Assembly: GCA_963709345.1 (NCBI GenBank)
Contig: CAVPVX010000011.1
Location: 32,001 to 96,000, forward strand
Direction: 5' to 3'
Origin: an uncultured Actinomycetes bacterium
Lineage (GTDB): Bacteria; Actinomycetota; Thermoleophilia; UBA2241
Length of the DNA: 64,000 nucleotides
This document shows positions 9,448 to 18,918 of the stretch, piece by piece (position 1 is the stretch's first letter; every line of letters begins with the position of its first letter). Under the pieces are notes generated by a model. That model searched no databases, was not told the DNA's origin, and worked only from the letters and a program-made list of their open reading frames with translations. The translations under genes and the position numbers were made by a program.

Positions 9448-9885
9448 GTGAAGAGACTCATCCCCATCCTGCTGCTGGTCGCGCTGGCGCTGGCCGTGGT
9501 CCCGGTGGCTGCGTCCGCGGGCAACGGCAAGGCGAAGGCGCACGGCAAGGCCAAGTTCAACCTGGTCGGCACGCTGACGGCGGTCGACGAAGCTGCCGGC
9601 GCCGTGACCATCAAGATCAAGGCGGGGACCAGGACCGTCAAGAAGTACCGCGGCGACGAGCTGCCAATGACGGTCGCTTCTCATGCACGCATCCGGCTGG
9701 TGACCGTCGACGGGTGCGTGACGGCTACGCTGGCGGATCTCGCGGCTCTGCCGTCGGGAGCCAGGCTCAAGGCGCGCGGGCGCATCGACCGCAGCGATCC
9801 TTCGGCGCCCTCATTCGTGATCACGTTTCTTCAGGCGAAGGCCCCGTCTCCCGCGTCGGAGCCCGACCCGGCCCCTGTCAAGTAG
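9448..9885 (+). CDS. Secreted hypothetical protein (beta-rich, possibly DUF5666-like)
   Basis: AAGGAGG RBS, clear signal peptide, GC3-biased codons. Confidence 0.7.
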   Translation: MKRLIPILLLVALALAVVPVAASAGNGKAKAHGKAKFNLVGTLTAVDEAAGAVTIKIKAGTRTVKKYRGDELPMTVASHARIRLVTVDGCVTATLADLAALPSGARLKARGRIDRSDPSAPSFVITFLQAKAPSPASEPDPAPVK

Positions 9886-10162
9886 GAGCGAAGTCGGACG
9901 GCGGGCGCGCGACGCCCGCCCTGGAGCCGGGCCTGGAGGCCTTCGACGGGTTCCTGCGGGAGCGGCACCGGCCCCCGCCCCTCCTCCCGACCCCCGTACT
10001 TGCCGCCGCTCCCACCGCCTCGATACTTGGTGCAAGTAACGCGCCGATCTACTTGCTGGACGGCTCCGAGCGGCGGCGCGTATCGTTGCTCAGCATGAGC
10101 CATGCGCCCCGGGCGCTCTTGCGGACGCCCGCGGCGACCAAGCGTCGTAAGGAGGATCCCCA

Positions 10163-10810
10163 GTGTCCGACGAGCTCTACGCACAGATGAAGCAGACCGT
10201 GATCGACGGCGAGGCCGAGGACGCCGCGCGCCTCGCCCAGGAGGGCCTCGACGCCGGCCTGCCCGCCGCCGACATCCTCGACCAGGGCTTCGTCAAGGGC
10301 ATCGAGGAGGTCGGCGACCTCTTCGGCCAAGGGCGAGTTCTTCCTCCCCGAGCTCGTCCAGGGCGCCGAGGCGATGAAGGCCGCCGTGGCCGTCCTGCAG
10401 CCGGCCCTCGACGCCTCCGGCGGCGGCCGCAAGGCGCTCGGCATCGCCGTCGCCGGCACCGTCGCCGGCGACATCCACGAGATCGGCAAGACGATCGTCT
10501 GTTCCATGCTCAGCGCCGCCGGCTTCACGGTCACCGACGTCGGCTGCGACGTACCGGTCGAGACTTCGTTGCCGCGGTCAAGGACTCAGGCGCCGACCTG
10601 CTCCTGCTCTCCGCCCTGCTGACCACGACGATGCCCAACCAGCAGAAGACGATCGAGGCGCTCAAGGAGGCCGGCCTGCGCGACGGCGTCAAGGTGATGA
10701 TCGGCGGCGCCCCGACGACCCGCGCCTGGGCCGACGAGATCGGCGCCGACGGCTACGCCGAGGACGCGATCGAGGCCGTGGCCACCGCCAAGACGATCCT
10801 CGGGGTCTGA
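10163..10810 (+). pseudogene. Methyltransferase cognate corrinoid protein (MttC/MtbC-like), two compensating frameshifts
   Basis: B12-cap N-terminus; EFFLPEL...GTVAGDIHEIGK (DxHxxG) in a second frame; SALLTTTM, MIGGAP back in the first frame; shifts near 10325 and 10562 may be read errors. Confidence 0.85.
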
Positions 10811-10841
10811 GGCAGCGCCAGCAGGCCACACGAAGCACGAC

Positions 10842-10881
10842 CGCGAGGGGCGGCGGCGCCAAGGCGCCGCCGCCCCTCGCG
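10842..10881 (+). terminator. Strong GC hairpin after the corrinoid gene
   Basis: CGCGAGGGGCGGCGGCGCC-AA-GGCGCCGCCGCCCCTCGCG perfect inverted repeat. Confidence 0.6.
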
Positions 10882-10930
10882 CGTACGAGGCGCGTGTGAA
10901 CCGGGCTCGCATTCGGTAGAGTGCACCTCG

Positions 10931-12129
10931 ATGGCCGCCGATCACAGCGCATACTTCGAAGAGGTCGAGGCGCGTTTCGCCGCGCGCCCACGACCTCGAC
11001 CTCGGGCTCGAGGAGGAGTTCCAGGTCCTCGACCCCGAGACTCCTGGAGCTCACATTCGGGTTTCGAGGCCCTTCACGACGCCGCGCCTCCGCGACTGCG
11101 CGAGCGCGTCGCCGGTGAACTCCTGCGCTCCGAGATCGAGGTGTCGACGCCGCGCACGCTCCACTTCGGGCAGGCGGCGAAGCAGACTCCTGCTCAATCG
11201 CGCCGAGCTGTTTCCGCTGGCGGACCGGGTGGGCTTCGCTCTGGGCGCCGGCGGCACGCATCCCTTCTCGGCCTGGAAGGACCAGGAGATCATCGACACG
11301 CCGCACTACCGTCTTGTCGAGGAGCGGCTCAAGTACGTCGCCTGGCGCAACAACACGTGGGCGGCGCATGTGCACGTGGGGGTGCGCGGCTGCGACCGCG
11401 CCGTCGCCGTGTGCGACGCCCTGCGGACGTATCTGCCGCACCTGCTGGCGCTCTCGGCCAACTCCCCCTTCATCGAGGACGTGTGGACCGAGCTGCACTC
11501 GGTCGCGCACCCAGACCTTCCTGCGCATGTTCCCGCGCTGCGGCATCCCGGACGTCTTCGGCTCGTGGGCCGAGCACCGGCGCTTCTACGAGGAACTCGT
11601 CGACACCGACTGCATCCAGGAGTTCACGCAGATCTGGTGGGCTGTGCGACCGCACCATCGCTTCGGCACCGTCGAGGTGCGCATCTGCGACGCCCAGAAC
11701 GAGGCCTGGCAGAGTCTCGCGATCTCGTCGCTGACGGTCGGGCTCGTCGCGCACCTCGCGCGCGTCTACGATGAGGGTCATGCCGCTGCCCTACCTCGAG
11801 ACGCGCTACATCGAAGAGAACCTCTGGCGCGCGATCCGCTACGGTCTCGACGGCAAGCTCGTCGATTGGGAGGCGAAAGCGGAGGCTTCCGGCGGCCGAC
11901 GCCGTCCGGCGCCTCGTGGAGCTCGCGGCTCCCTTTGCCGACGCGCATCGGGCTGACGCCGCATCTCGGCCAGGTGGAGCGCATGCTCCGGGAGGGCAAC
12001 GGGGCGCAACAGCAGAGTAGGGCTTACATTGAGGGTGAGAGTCTGCGCGAGGTCTTCGCGGGGACGTCGGGGCGGAGGCTCGCTCCGAGCTCACTCGAGC
12101 CGGCGACCGAGACGCAGGGAGGATCGTGA
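10931..12129 (+). pseudogene. YbdK family carboxylate-amine ligase (glutamate-cysteine ligase family 2), multiply frameshifted
   Basis: GLEEEFQVLD, GTHPF, HVHVGV, LLALSANSPF, IWWAVRPHHRFGTVEVRICD, ENLWRAIRYG spread over several frames. Confidence 0.85.
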
Positions 12130-12751
12130 TGATGACACGACCCGACCCGAGGGCATGACCGACGACGGAGCGCGCCAAGGCCGCCCTCGAACAGCTCAAG
12201 AGCATCCGCGCCTTCGATCTCGCCTACGAGATGATGATCGGTCTCGTCAGCTTCGGCTATCAGAAGATGGGACTGACCGACGAGACCGCGCCCGTGCGCG
12301 ACCTGGACGACGCACGGCTCTCCATCGAGCTGTTGCGCGCGACTCTGGACGTGTCGAGGCGTGAGCACGGCGCCGAGTCGCACGCGGCGACCTGCGCGCG
12401 ACGCTCGCGCAGATGCAGCTGAGCTACGCCCGCGCGGTACAGCTCGCGGGCGCTCCGAGCCGGCCGGCGTCGCACGCGCCGCCGGCGGAGGATGTGTCGC
12501 GGGCAGAGGCCTCGGCGGAGGACGGGCCGTCCCAGGTCGCCGATCCGGATGTGGCGCCGGAGGCGGGGCCCGCGGGCGGCGAGCCGGCGGCGAAGAAGTC
12601 CGCGGTCAGGAAGCCCACCGCGAAGAGGCCCGCCGCCGACAAGGCCGCCTCCGATGGGACGGCCGCGAAGCAGCGCGCGTCCAAGACCGCTCCGAAGGGT
12701 GCGGCGCCGAAGAAGAAGAAGAGGACGGACGCGGCGCCGGACGAGGGCTGA
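12126..12751 (+). pseudogene. DUF1844-like protein with Lys/Ala-rich tail, frameshifted
   Basis: GYQKMGL...DLDDARLSIELL...LAQMQLSYA split across frames; start uncertain. Confidence 0.55.
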
Positions 12752-12760
12752 GGCCGCGGG

Positions 12761-13441
12761 TCAGGCGCCGGCGAGCGCCCAGAAACGCGCCTCTTCGAGC
12801 GTCTCGCCGGGCTCGACGACGAGGAACTCCTCGTCGTGGGGCCCGGCGACGAGCTTCTCGAGGAAGCGCAGCGACCCGGACAGGTACTCAAGCGGCAGAT
12901 CGTAGAAGGCGCTCACGGTCTCCAGGTACTCGCGTTTGTCGTCGAGGCCGGGAACGCCGGGCGTCTCGATGACGGCCACGCGCGTGTAATTCTCCATGAT
13001 GAGACGCGCGACGTAGGCGGCCTTCTCCTCGCCGTACTTGGGCACGATCTTCAGGTACTCCTTGTACGGGTCGTCGATGAAGTCGACCCAGCCGCGGGTG
13101 TAGTAGTAGGTGCCCGGCTGGCCGCCGTGCTCCTCGAGGTAGCGGGCGCGAGAGCCGAGCAGCAGCGAGATGCAGTCGTCCACGGCGGGCAGGACGAGCC
13201 GGTGCGATCGCGCCTCGAGGCCCACGGTGCCGTTGCTGCAGCGGCCGCAACAGAGCATGATGTCGCGCTCGCCCGGCGTGCCGTCGATGCGCTCCTGGAG
13301 TGCGCTACGCAGCTTGTCCGGGTAGTCGTGCAGGGCGCCGTCGACGAACTCCACCTCGAGCCCGCGCCCGTCGCGTGCGAGCACGCTCTCGATCTCGTTG
13401 CGGAGGACCTCGCAGCTGACGATCTTCGGTGGCGCATCCAT
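12761..13441 (-). CDS. DUF1638 domain protein
   Basis: SCEVL, LHDYPDKLRSALQ, GRCSNG, DDCISLLLGS, GTYYYTRGW. Confidence 0.8.
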   Translation of the reverse strand: MDAPPKIVSCEVLRNEIESVLARDGRGLEVEFVDGALHDYPDKLRSALQERIDGTPGERDIMLCCGRCSNGTVGLEARSHRLVLPAVDDCISLLLGSRARYLEEHGGQPGTYYYTRGWVDFIDDPYKEYLKIVPKYGEEKAAYVARLIMENYTRVAVIETPGVPGLDDKREYLETVSAFYDLPLEYLSGSLRFLEKLVAGPHDEEFLVVEPGETLEEARFWALAGA

Positions 13442-13631
13442 CGGGCCATGGTAACAGGACCATCCGGGTCCTGTCGCCTCGCACGCGCCGGGCGCTCGGG
13501 AGCGCTGCCCGGACGGCGCGCAGGCGTGTGCCTCGTCTTGGCCTGCGGTAGCATGGAGGGCGCGTCTTGCGAAGCACTGCCGGCGCGGGCAGCGGGAACG
13601 GCCCGCCCGCGCCTGACCCGAGGAGGACTCC

Positions 13632-14486
13632 TTGAGCGTGAACAAGCTGCTTGTCGCCGGCGCCGGCCAGATGGGCGCCGGCATCGTCCAGGTTTCGGCT
13701 GTGGCCGGGCTCGACGTGGTGATGATCGACGTCGCCGAGGAGTTCATCGCCCGGGGCATGGCCGGCATCGAGAAGGGCCTCGGCCGGATGGTCGACAAGG
13801 GACGCATGGAGGCCGCCGCCCGCGACGCCGCACTGGCGCGGATCACCACGAGCACCGACATGGCGGCCGGCGCCGACGCCGATCTCTTCGTCGAAGCGGC
13901 GCCGGAGGCCATGGAGATCAAGCAAGGCCTCTTCGAGGCGGCTTCTCGGATCCTGCGCCCGGACGCCGTCATTGCCACCAACACCTCGAGCCTCTCGGTC
14001 AGCGCCCTCGCCGCCTTCGTCTCCGCTCCGGAGCGCTTCGTCGGCATCCACTTCTTCAACCCGGTGCCGGTCATGGCGCTGGTCGAGGTGATCCGCGGCG
14101 AGAAGACGAGCGACGCCACGCTCGCCGTGGCCCGTGCCTACGCGGAGGCGGTCGGCAAGACCGCGATCGCGGTCAGCGACTCACCCGGCTTCGTGGTCAA
14201 CCGCATCCTCTTCCCGATGATCAACGAGGCCGCGAGCGCCTACGCCGAAGGAGTCGCGAGCGCCGAGGACATCGATACCGGCATGAAGCTCGGCACCAAC
14301 TGGCCGATGGGCCCGCTGGCGCTCGCCGACCTCGTCGGTCTCGACACGACCAAGGCGGTGCTGGAGACCTTCGAGCGCGAGCTCGACGACGCCAAGTACC
14401 ATCCGGCCGCGATCCTCGGTGAGCTGGTCGCCGCCGGCAAGCTCGGGCGCAAGAGCGGCGCCGGCTTCTTCGACTACGGGAAGTGA
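13632..14486 (+). CDS. hbd: 3-hydroxybutyryl-CoA dehydrogenase
   Basis: GAGQMGAG, ATNTSSL, GIHFFNPVP, PGFVVNR, PMGPL. Confidence 0.9.
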   Translation: MSVNKLLVAGAGQMGAGIVQVSAVAGLDVVMIDVAEEFIARGMAGIEKGLGRMVDKGRMEAAARDAALARITTSTDMAAGADADLFVEAAPEAMEIKQGLFEAASRILRPDAVIATNTSSLSVSALAAFVSAPERFVGIHFFNPVPVMALVEVIRGEKTSDATLAVARAYAEAVGKTAIAVSDSPGFVVNRILFPMINEAASAYAEGVASAEDIDTGMKLGTNWPMGPLALADLVGLDTTKAVLETFERELDDAKYHPAAILGELVAAGKLGRKSGAGFFDYGK

Positions 14487-14493
14487 CGGCGCC

Positions 14494-15021
14494 GTGACTC
14501 CGCCGCGCCAAGGCTACGTCCAGCTCTACACCGGAGACGGCAAGGGAAAGACGACGGCCGCCCTCGGCCTCGTCGTGCGGGCGCTCGGCCAGGGTCTGCG
14601 GCCGGCCGTGCTGCAGTTCATGAAGTCCGATCCCACCTGGGGCGAGATCGTCACGCTCAAACGGCTGGAGGTGCCGGTTCGCCAGTGCGGGCTCGACCAC
14701 TGGGTCTTCAAGGGCGAGGCCTCGGAAGAGGACCTCGCCGCCGCCGCCGCCGGCTTCGACCAGGCGCTCGCTCTCGTCGACAGTGGCGAGTACGACGTCG
14801 TCATCCTCGACGAGCTCGTGACGGCCGTCTTCTTCGAGCTCGTTCCCGTCGAGCGTGTGCTCGCCATGATCGCCGCGAAGCCGCCGGCCGTCGAGCTCGT
14901 GATCACCGGCCGCCGTGCCCCGGAGGAACTGCTCGCGGCGGCCGATCTGGTCACCGAGATGCGCCCCGTCAAGCACTACTTCGATGCTGGGGTCAAGGCT
15001 CGCCCGGGCATCGAGTACTAG
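14494..15021 (+). CDS. cobO: Cob(I)yrinic acid a,c-diamide adenosyltransferase (CobO/BtuR)
   Basis: YTGDGKGKTTAALG, QFMK, ILDE, ITGR, ADLVTEM, KHYF, GIEY. Confidence 0.9.
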   Translation: MTPPRQGYVQLYTGDGKGKTTAALGLVVRALGQGLRPAVLQFMKSDPTWGEIVTLKRLEVPVRQCGLDHWVFKGEASEEDLAAAAAGFDQALALVDSGEYDVVILDELVTAVFFELVPVERVLAMIAAKPPAVELVITGRRAPEELLAAADLVTEMRPVKHYFDAGVKARPGIEY

Positions 15022-15030
15022 GATGCGCCC

Positions 15031-16350
15031 GTGACGCACACGCTGATCTACCCGCACAGCGCCGCCCACAACGCCGCCGGCCACCTCGAGATCGGCGGCT
15101 GCGACGTCGTCGAGCTCGCCGGCGAGTTCGGTACGCCGCTCTTCATCTACGACGAGCAGACGCTGCGCGACCAGTGCCGCGCCTACCACGCCGCCTTCAG
15201 CGCGCGTACCGACCTCTACGAGATCGTCTACGCGAGTAAGGCGTTCAGCTGTCGCGCGATGGTGGAGCTGGTGGCCGAGGAGGACCTCTCCATCGACGTG
15301 GCGACCGGCGGTGAGCTGGCCGCCGCACGGGCCGCCTCGTTCCCGCCCGGGCGCATCTACTTCCACGGCAACAACAAGTCCGTTGCCGAGATCGAGTTCG
15401 GGCTCGACGCCGGAATCGGTCACTTCGTCGTCGACTCGTTCGAGGAGATCGACCGGATCGAGGCCGCCGCGGCCGCGCGCGAGGCGCGCCAGCAGGTGCT
15501 GGTGCGCGTCACGCCCGGCGTGCGGCCAAGCACGCACGACTTCGTCCAGACCGGCCAGCAGGACAGCAAGTTCGGCTTCGGTCTGGCCGACGGCCGCGCC
15601 GCGGAGGCGGTGCGCCGTCTGCGCGACGCACCTCACCTCGAGCTGGTCGGCGTGCACGCGCACATCGGCTCCCAGATCTTCGAGCTCGACTCGTACCGGC
15701 GTGAGGTCGAAGTGCTGTTCGTCGCCCTCGACGACTGGCGCCGGGAGTTCGGCTTCGAGTGCTGCGTCTTCAACATCGGGGGCGGCCTCGGCATCAGGTA
15801 CACGGAGGCCGACCGGCCCAGCTCTATCGCCGAGTTCGCCGAAGTCGGCGTGAGCGCCGTGCGCGAGGGCGCCGAGCGGCACGGGATGACCATGCCCAAG
15901 CTGTTTGTGGAGCCCGGGCGCAGCATCGCCGGCAAGGCCGCCGTGACCGCCTACACGGTGGGCACGGTCAAGGTCATCCCAGGGGTGCGCACGTACGTCG
16001 CCGTCGACGGCGGCATGAGCGACAACCTGCGCCCGATGCTGTACGACTCCCGTTACGAGGCGATGCTGGCCTCCAAGGCCGAGATCCCGGCGACGGACGT
16101 CGTCACTGTCGCCGGCAAGCACTGCGAGTCGGGCGACGTCCTGGTGCGTGACGTCCACATCGCACCGCCGGAGCCGGGCGACATCCTCGTGACGCCGGGC
16201 ACCGGAGCTTACGGCTACGCCATGGCGAACAACTACAACGCGCAGCCGCGCCCGGCCGTCGTCATGGCCGGTGGCGGCCGCGCCCGCCTGATCATCGAGC
16301 GTGAGACCTGGGACGACGTGCTGCGCCTGCAGCGCCCCCTGGCCCCCTGA
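15031..16350 (+). CDS. lysA: Diaminopimelate decarboxylase
   Basis: YASKAF, FHGNNKS, SKFG, HIGSQI, EPGRS, GKHCESGD. Confidence 0.95.
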   Translation: MTHTLIYPHSAAHNAAGHLEIGGCDVVELAGEFGTPLFIYDEQTLRDQCRAYHAAFSARTDLYEIVYASKAFSCRAMVELVAEEDLSIDVATGGELAAARAASFPPGRIYFHGNNKSVAEIEFGLDAGIGHFVVDSFEEIDRIEAAAAAREARQQVLVRVTPGVRPSTHDFVQTGQQDSKFGFGLADGRAAEAVRRLRDAPHLELVGVHAHIGSQIFELDSYRREVEVLFVALDDWRREFGFECCVFNIGGGLGIRYTEADRPSSIAEFAEVGVSAVREGAERHGMTMPKLFVEPGRSIAGKAAVTAYTVGTVKVIPGVRTYVAVDGGMSDNLRPMLYDSRYEAMLASKAEIPATDVVTVAGKHCESGDVLVRDVHIAPPEPGDILVTPGTGAYGYAMANNYNAQPRPAVVMAGGGRARLIIERETWDDVLRLQRPLAP

Positions 16351-16362
16351 CGACTCACGAGC

Positions 16363-17655
16363 GTGGAGGACACCACAGTGGACAAGGTAGGCATCGGGCT
16401 TCTCGGGTACGGCACCGTCGGGTCCGGCGTCGGCAAGCTCCTCAAGAAGAACGCCGCCGACATCACTCTCGCGACCGGCAAGACGGTAGAGCTGCGCCGG
16501 GTGCTCGAAAAGGACCCGGGCTTCAGCCACCCGGACCTCGACCCGGCACTGCTCACCACGCGCTTCGAGGACGTCATCGACGACCCCGGCATCGACATCG
16601 TCGTCGAGCTCATCGGCGGGGTAGGCGTGGCGCTCGACTTCCAGCTCCGCGCCCTCAAGGCCGGCAAGCATGTGGTGACCGCCAACAAGCAGCTGCTCGC
16701 CCAGCACGGCGCGGAGCTCTTCGCGGCGGCCGAGGAGAGCGGCGTGCACCTGCGCTTCGAGGCCAGCGCCGTCGGCGCCGTCCCCGTCGTCAAGGTGTTG
16801 CGCGAATCGCTCGTGGCCGCCGAGGTCGACACCATCTTCGGCATCGTCAACGGCACCACCAACTACATGCTGAGCGAGATGGCCGCGACCGGCGCCGACT
16901 ACGACGACGCGCTCGCGGAGGCCCAGCGACTGGGCTACGCCGAAGCCGACCCGACCGAGGACGTCGGCGGCAAGGATGCCGCCGCCAAGATGGCGATCCT
17001 CAGTTCCATCGGCTTCCACAGCCGCGCGAAGCTCGACGACGTGGCCTACGAGGGCATCACCGGTGTCACCTCCGTCGACATCGCGCACGGCACGCGCCTC
17101 GGGCTCGTGGCCAAGCTGCTGGGCGTCGCCAAGCTCATCGACGGGCGGATGAACGTACGTGTGTATCCCGCCTTCCTGCCGAAGACTCACCCGCTGGCCG
17201 GGGTGACGGGCGCCTACAACGCCGTCTTCCTCACCAGCGAGGCCTTCGACGAGATCATGCTGTTCGGCCCCGGCGCCGGCAGCGTGCCGACCGCGTCGGC
17301 GGTGATCGGCGACGTCGTCTCGGTGGTCAACACCGTCAAGGGCAGCTTCGTCCAGAACTGCCTGTGCTACAAAGCCGTGCCGTTCTTCCCCGACGAAGAC
17401 ATGGTGTCGAGGTTCTACCTCAGGTTGAGGGTGAATGATCGGCCGGGCGTGCTCGCCAAGGTCAGTGCGCTGTTCGGCGAGCACGGCGTCAGCATCCACT
17501 CCATGGTCCAGGAGGGCGGCGGTGACGAGGCCGAACTCGTCCTGCTGCTCCATCCCGTGCGAGAGGCGCAGTTCTTCACCGCCCTGGAGCAGATCGGGGC
17601 GCTGCCGGACGTGCACGGGGACACGACGGTGATCCGCGTCGAGGGCGACGCCTGA
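16363..17655 (+). CDS. hom: Homoserine dehydrogenase with ACT domain
   Basis: GYGTVG, VVTANK, NGTTNY, GYAEADPTEDV, DRPGVLA. Confidence 0.95.
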   Translation: MEDTTVDKVGIGLLGYGTVGSGVGKLLKKNAADITLATGKTVELRRVLEKDPGFSHPDLDPALLTTRFEDVIDDPGIDIVVELIGGVGVALDFQLRALKAGKHVVTANKQLLAQHGAELFAAAEESGVHLRFEASAVGAVPVVKVLRESLVAAEVDTIFGIVNGTTNYMLSEMAATGADYDDALAEAQRLGYAEADPTEDVGGKDAAAKMAILSSIGFHSRAKLDDVAYEGITGVTSVDIAHGTRLGLVAKLLGVAKLIDGRMNVRVYPAFLPKTHPLAGVTGAYNAVFLTSEAFDEIMLFGPGAGSVPTASAVIGDVVSVVNTVKGSFVQNCLCYKAVPFFPDEDMVSRFYLRLRVNDRPGVLAKVSALFGEHGVSIHSMVQEGGGDEAELVLLLHPVREAQFFTALEQIGALPDVHGDTTVIRVEGDA

Positions 17656-17678
17656 GCGGCGTCGGGAGAGGAGTCAGC

Positions 17679-18878
17679 ATGAGCAAAGGAAAGAGCGGCC
17701 GCATCGCGATCCTGACCGGCGGCGGCGACATCCCGGGCCTCAACCCGGCGATCCGCGCCGTCACCCTGAGGGCGCTGAGCGAGGGCTTCGATGTGATCGG
17801 CATCCGTCGCGGGTGGGCCGGGCTCGTCGAGCTGCGTCGCGACGAGGCCGCGGACAACAGCGCCTGCGTCATGCAGTTGACCGCGGAGCTCGTGAACCGG
17901 CACGCGTACACCGGCGGGACCTTCCTGCACTCCTCGCGCACGCGGCCGAGCGCCGTGCCGGCGAAGGACGTGCCGGCTCACCTCCAGGAGACGTACACGG
18001 CCGAGAAGAACGACCTGACCGACGAGGTCATCGCCAATCTCGAGTTCCTCGGCGTCGACTTCCTGGTGCCCGCCGGAGGCGACGACACGCTGAGCTACGG
18101 CGTCGAGCTCGGCCGCCGCGGCTTTCCCGTCGTGGCCATCCCCAAGACCATGGACAACGACGTGCCCGGCACCGACTACTGCATGGGCTTCGGCACCTGC
18201 GTGAACCGCACCATTCAGCTCGCACACCAGGTGACCAGTTCGGCGGCTTCACACGAGCGCATCGTCGTGCTCGAGGTCTTCGGCCGTTACGCGGGGTTCA
18301 CCGCGCTTCTGCCGACGTTCGCCGGCGCTGCCCAGCGCTGCCTCATCCCCGAGCACGAGTTCGAGATCGAGAAGCTCACCGAGCTGATCGTCGCCGATCG
18401 CAACGCACACCCGGACAAGCTCGCGGTGTGCATCGTCAGCGAGGGCGCGATGCCCGCCGGCGGCGAGATGGTGTTCGAGGGCGGCGAGAAGGATCAGTAC
18501 GGTCACGCCAAGCTCGGCGGCATCGGGCAGCGCGTGAGCGCCCGTATCAAGGAGCTCTCGCCGCGGTTCAACGACGGCCGCAAGATCGACATGATCAGCA
18601 TGAACCTCGGCTATCTCGTGCGCAGCGGGGCGCCGGATGCCGTGGACTGTATCGTGCCGACGGCGTACGGCAATCTCGCTCTCGACCTGATCCTGCGCGG
18701 CGAGACGGGACGCATGGTCGCGCTGGCCGGCGGCCGCTACGGCTCCGTCCCGATCGAGGAGGTCGTGGCCACCAAGAAGGTCGTCGACGTCGACCGCTAC
18801 TACGACGTCGAGTCGTACCGCCCGAAGTACACTGCTCTCGAGCTGTCGCCGATGATGGTGCTGGGCGGCGCCGGGTGA
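17679..18878 (+). CDS. pfkA: 6-phosphofructokinase, likely PPi-dependent
   Basis: TGGGDIPGLN, GGTFLHSSR, GGDDT, PKTMDND, EVFGR. Confidence 0.9.
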   Translation: MSKGKSGRIAILTGGGDIPGLNPAIRAVTLRALSEGFDVIGIRRGWAGLVELRRDEAADNSACVMQLTAELVNRHAYTGGTFLHSSRTRPSAVPAKDVPAHLQETYTAEKNDLTDEVIANLEFLGVDFLVPAGGDDTLSYGVELGRRGFPVVAIPKTMDNDVPGTDYCMGFGTCVNRTIQLAHQVTSSAASHERIVVLEVFGRYAGFTALLPTFAGAAQRCLIPEHEFEIEKLTELIVADRNAHPDKLAVCIVSEGAMPAGGEMVFEGGEKDQYGHAKLGGIGQRVSARIKELSPRFNDGRKIDMISMNLGYLVRSGAPDAVDCIVPTAYGNLALDLILRGETGRMVALAGGRYGSVPIEEVVATKKVVDVDRYYDVESYRPKYTALELSPMMVLGGAG

Positions 18879-18918
18879 TCATGCCGCTTCCGCCGGATCG
18901 CTCGCGAAGGAGGAACTG

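Noticed and set aside
10163-12751. Programmed frameshifting or Sec/Pyl recoding explaining the broken genes
   Set aside because: The breaks are scattered indels without slippery sequences or in-frame TGA/TAG at conserved positions
13540-13630. Cobalamin riboswitch-like CACTG...GGGAA before hbd-cobO
   Set aside because: No B12 box and no 5' conserved core
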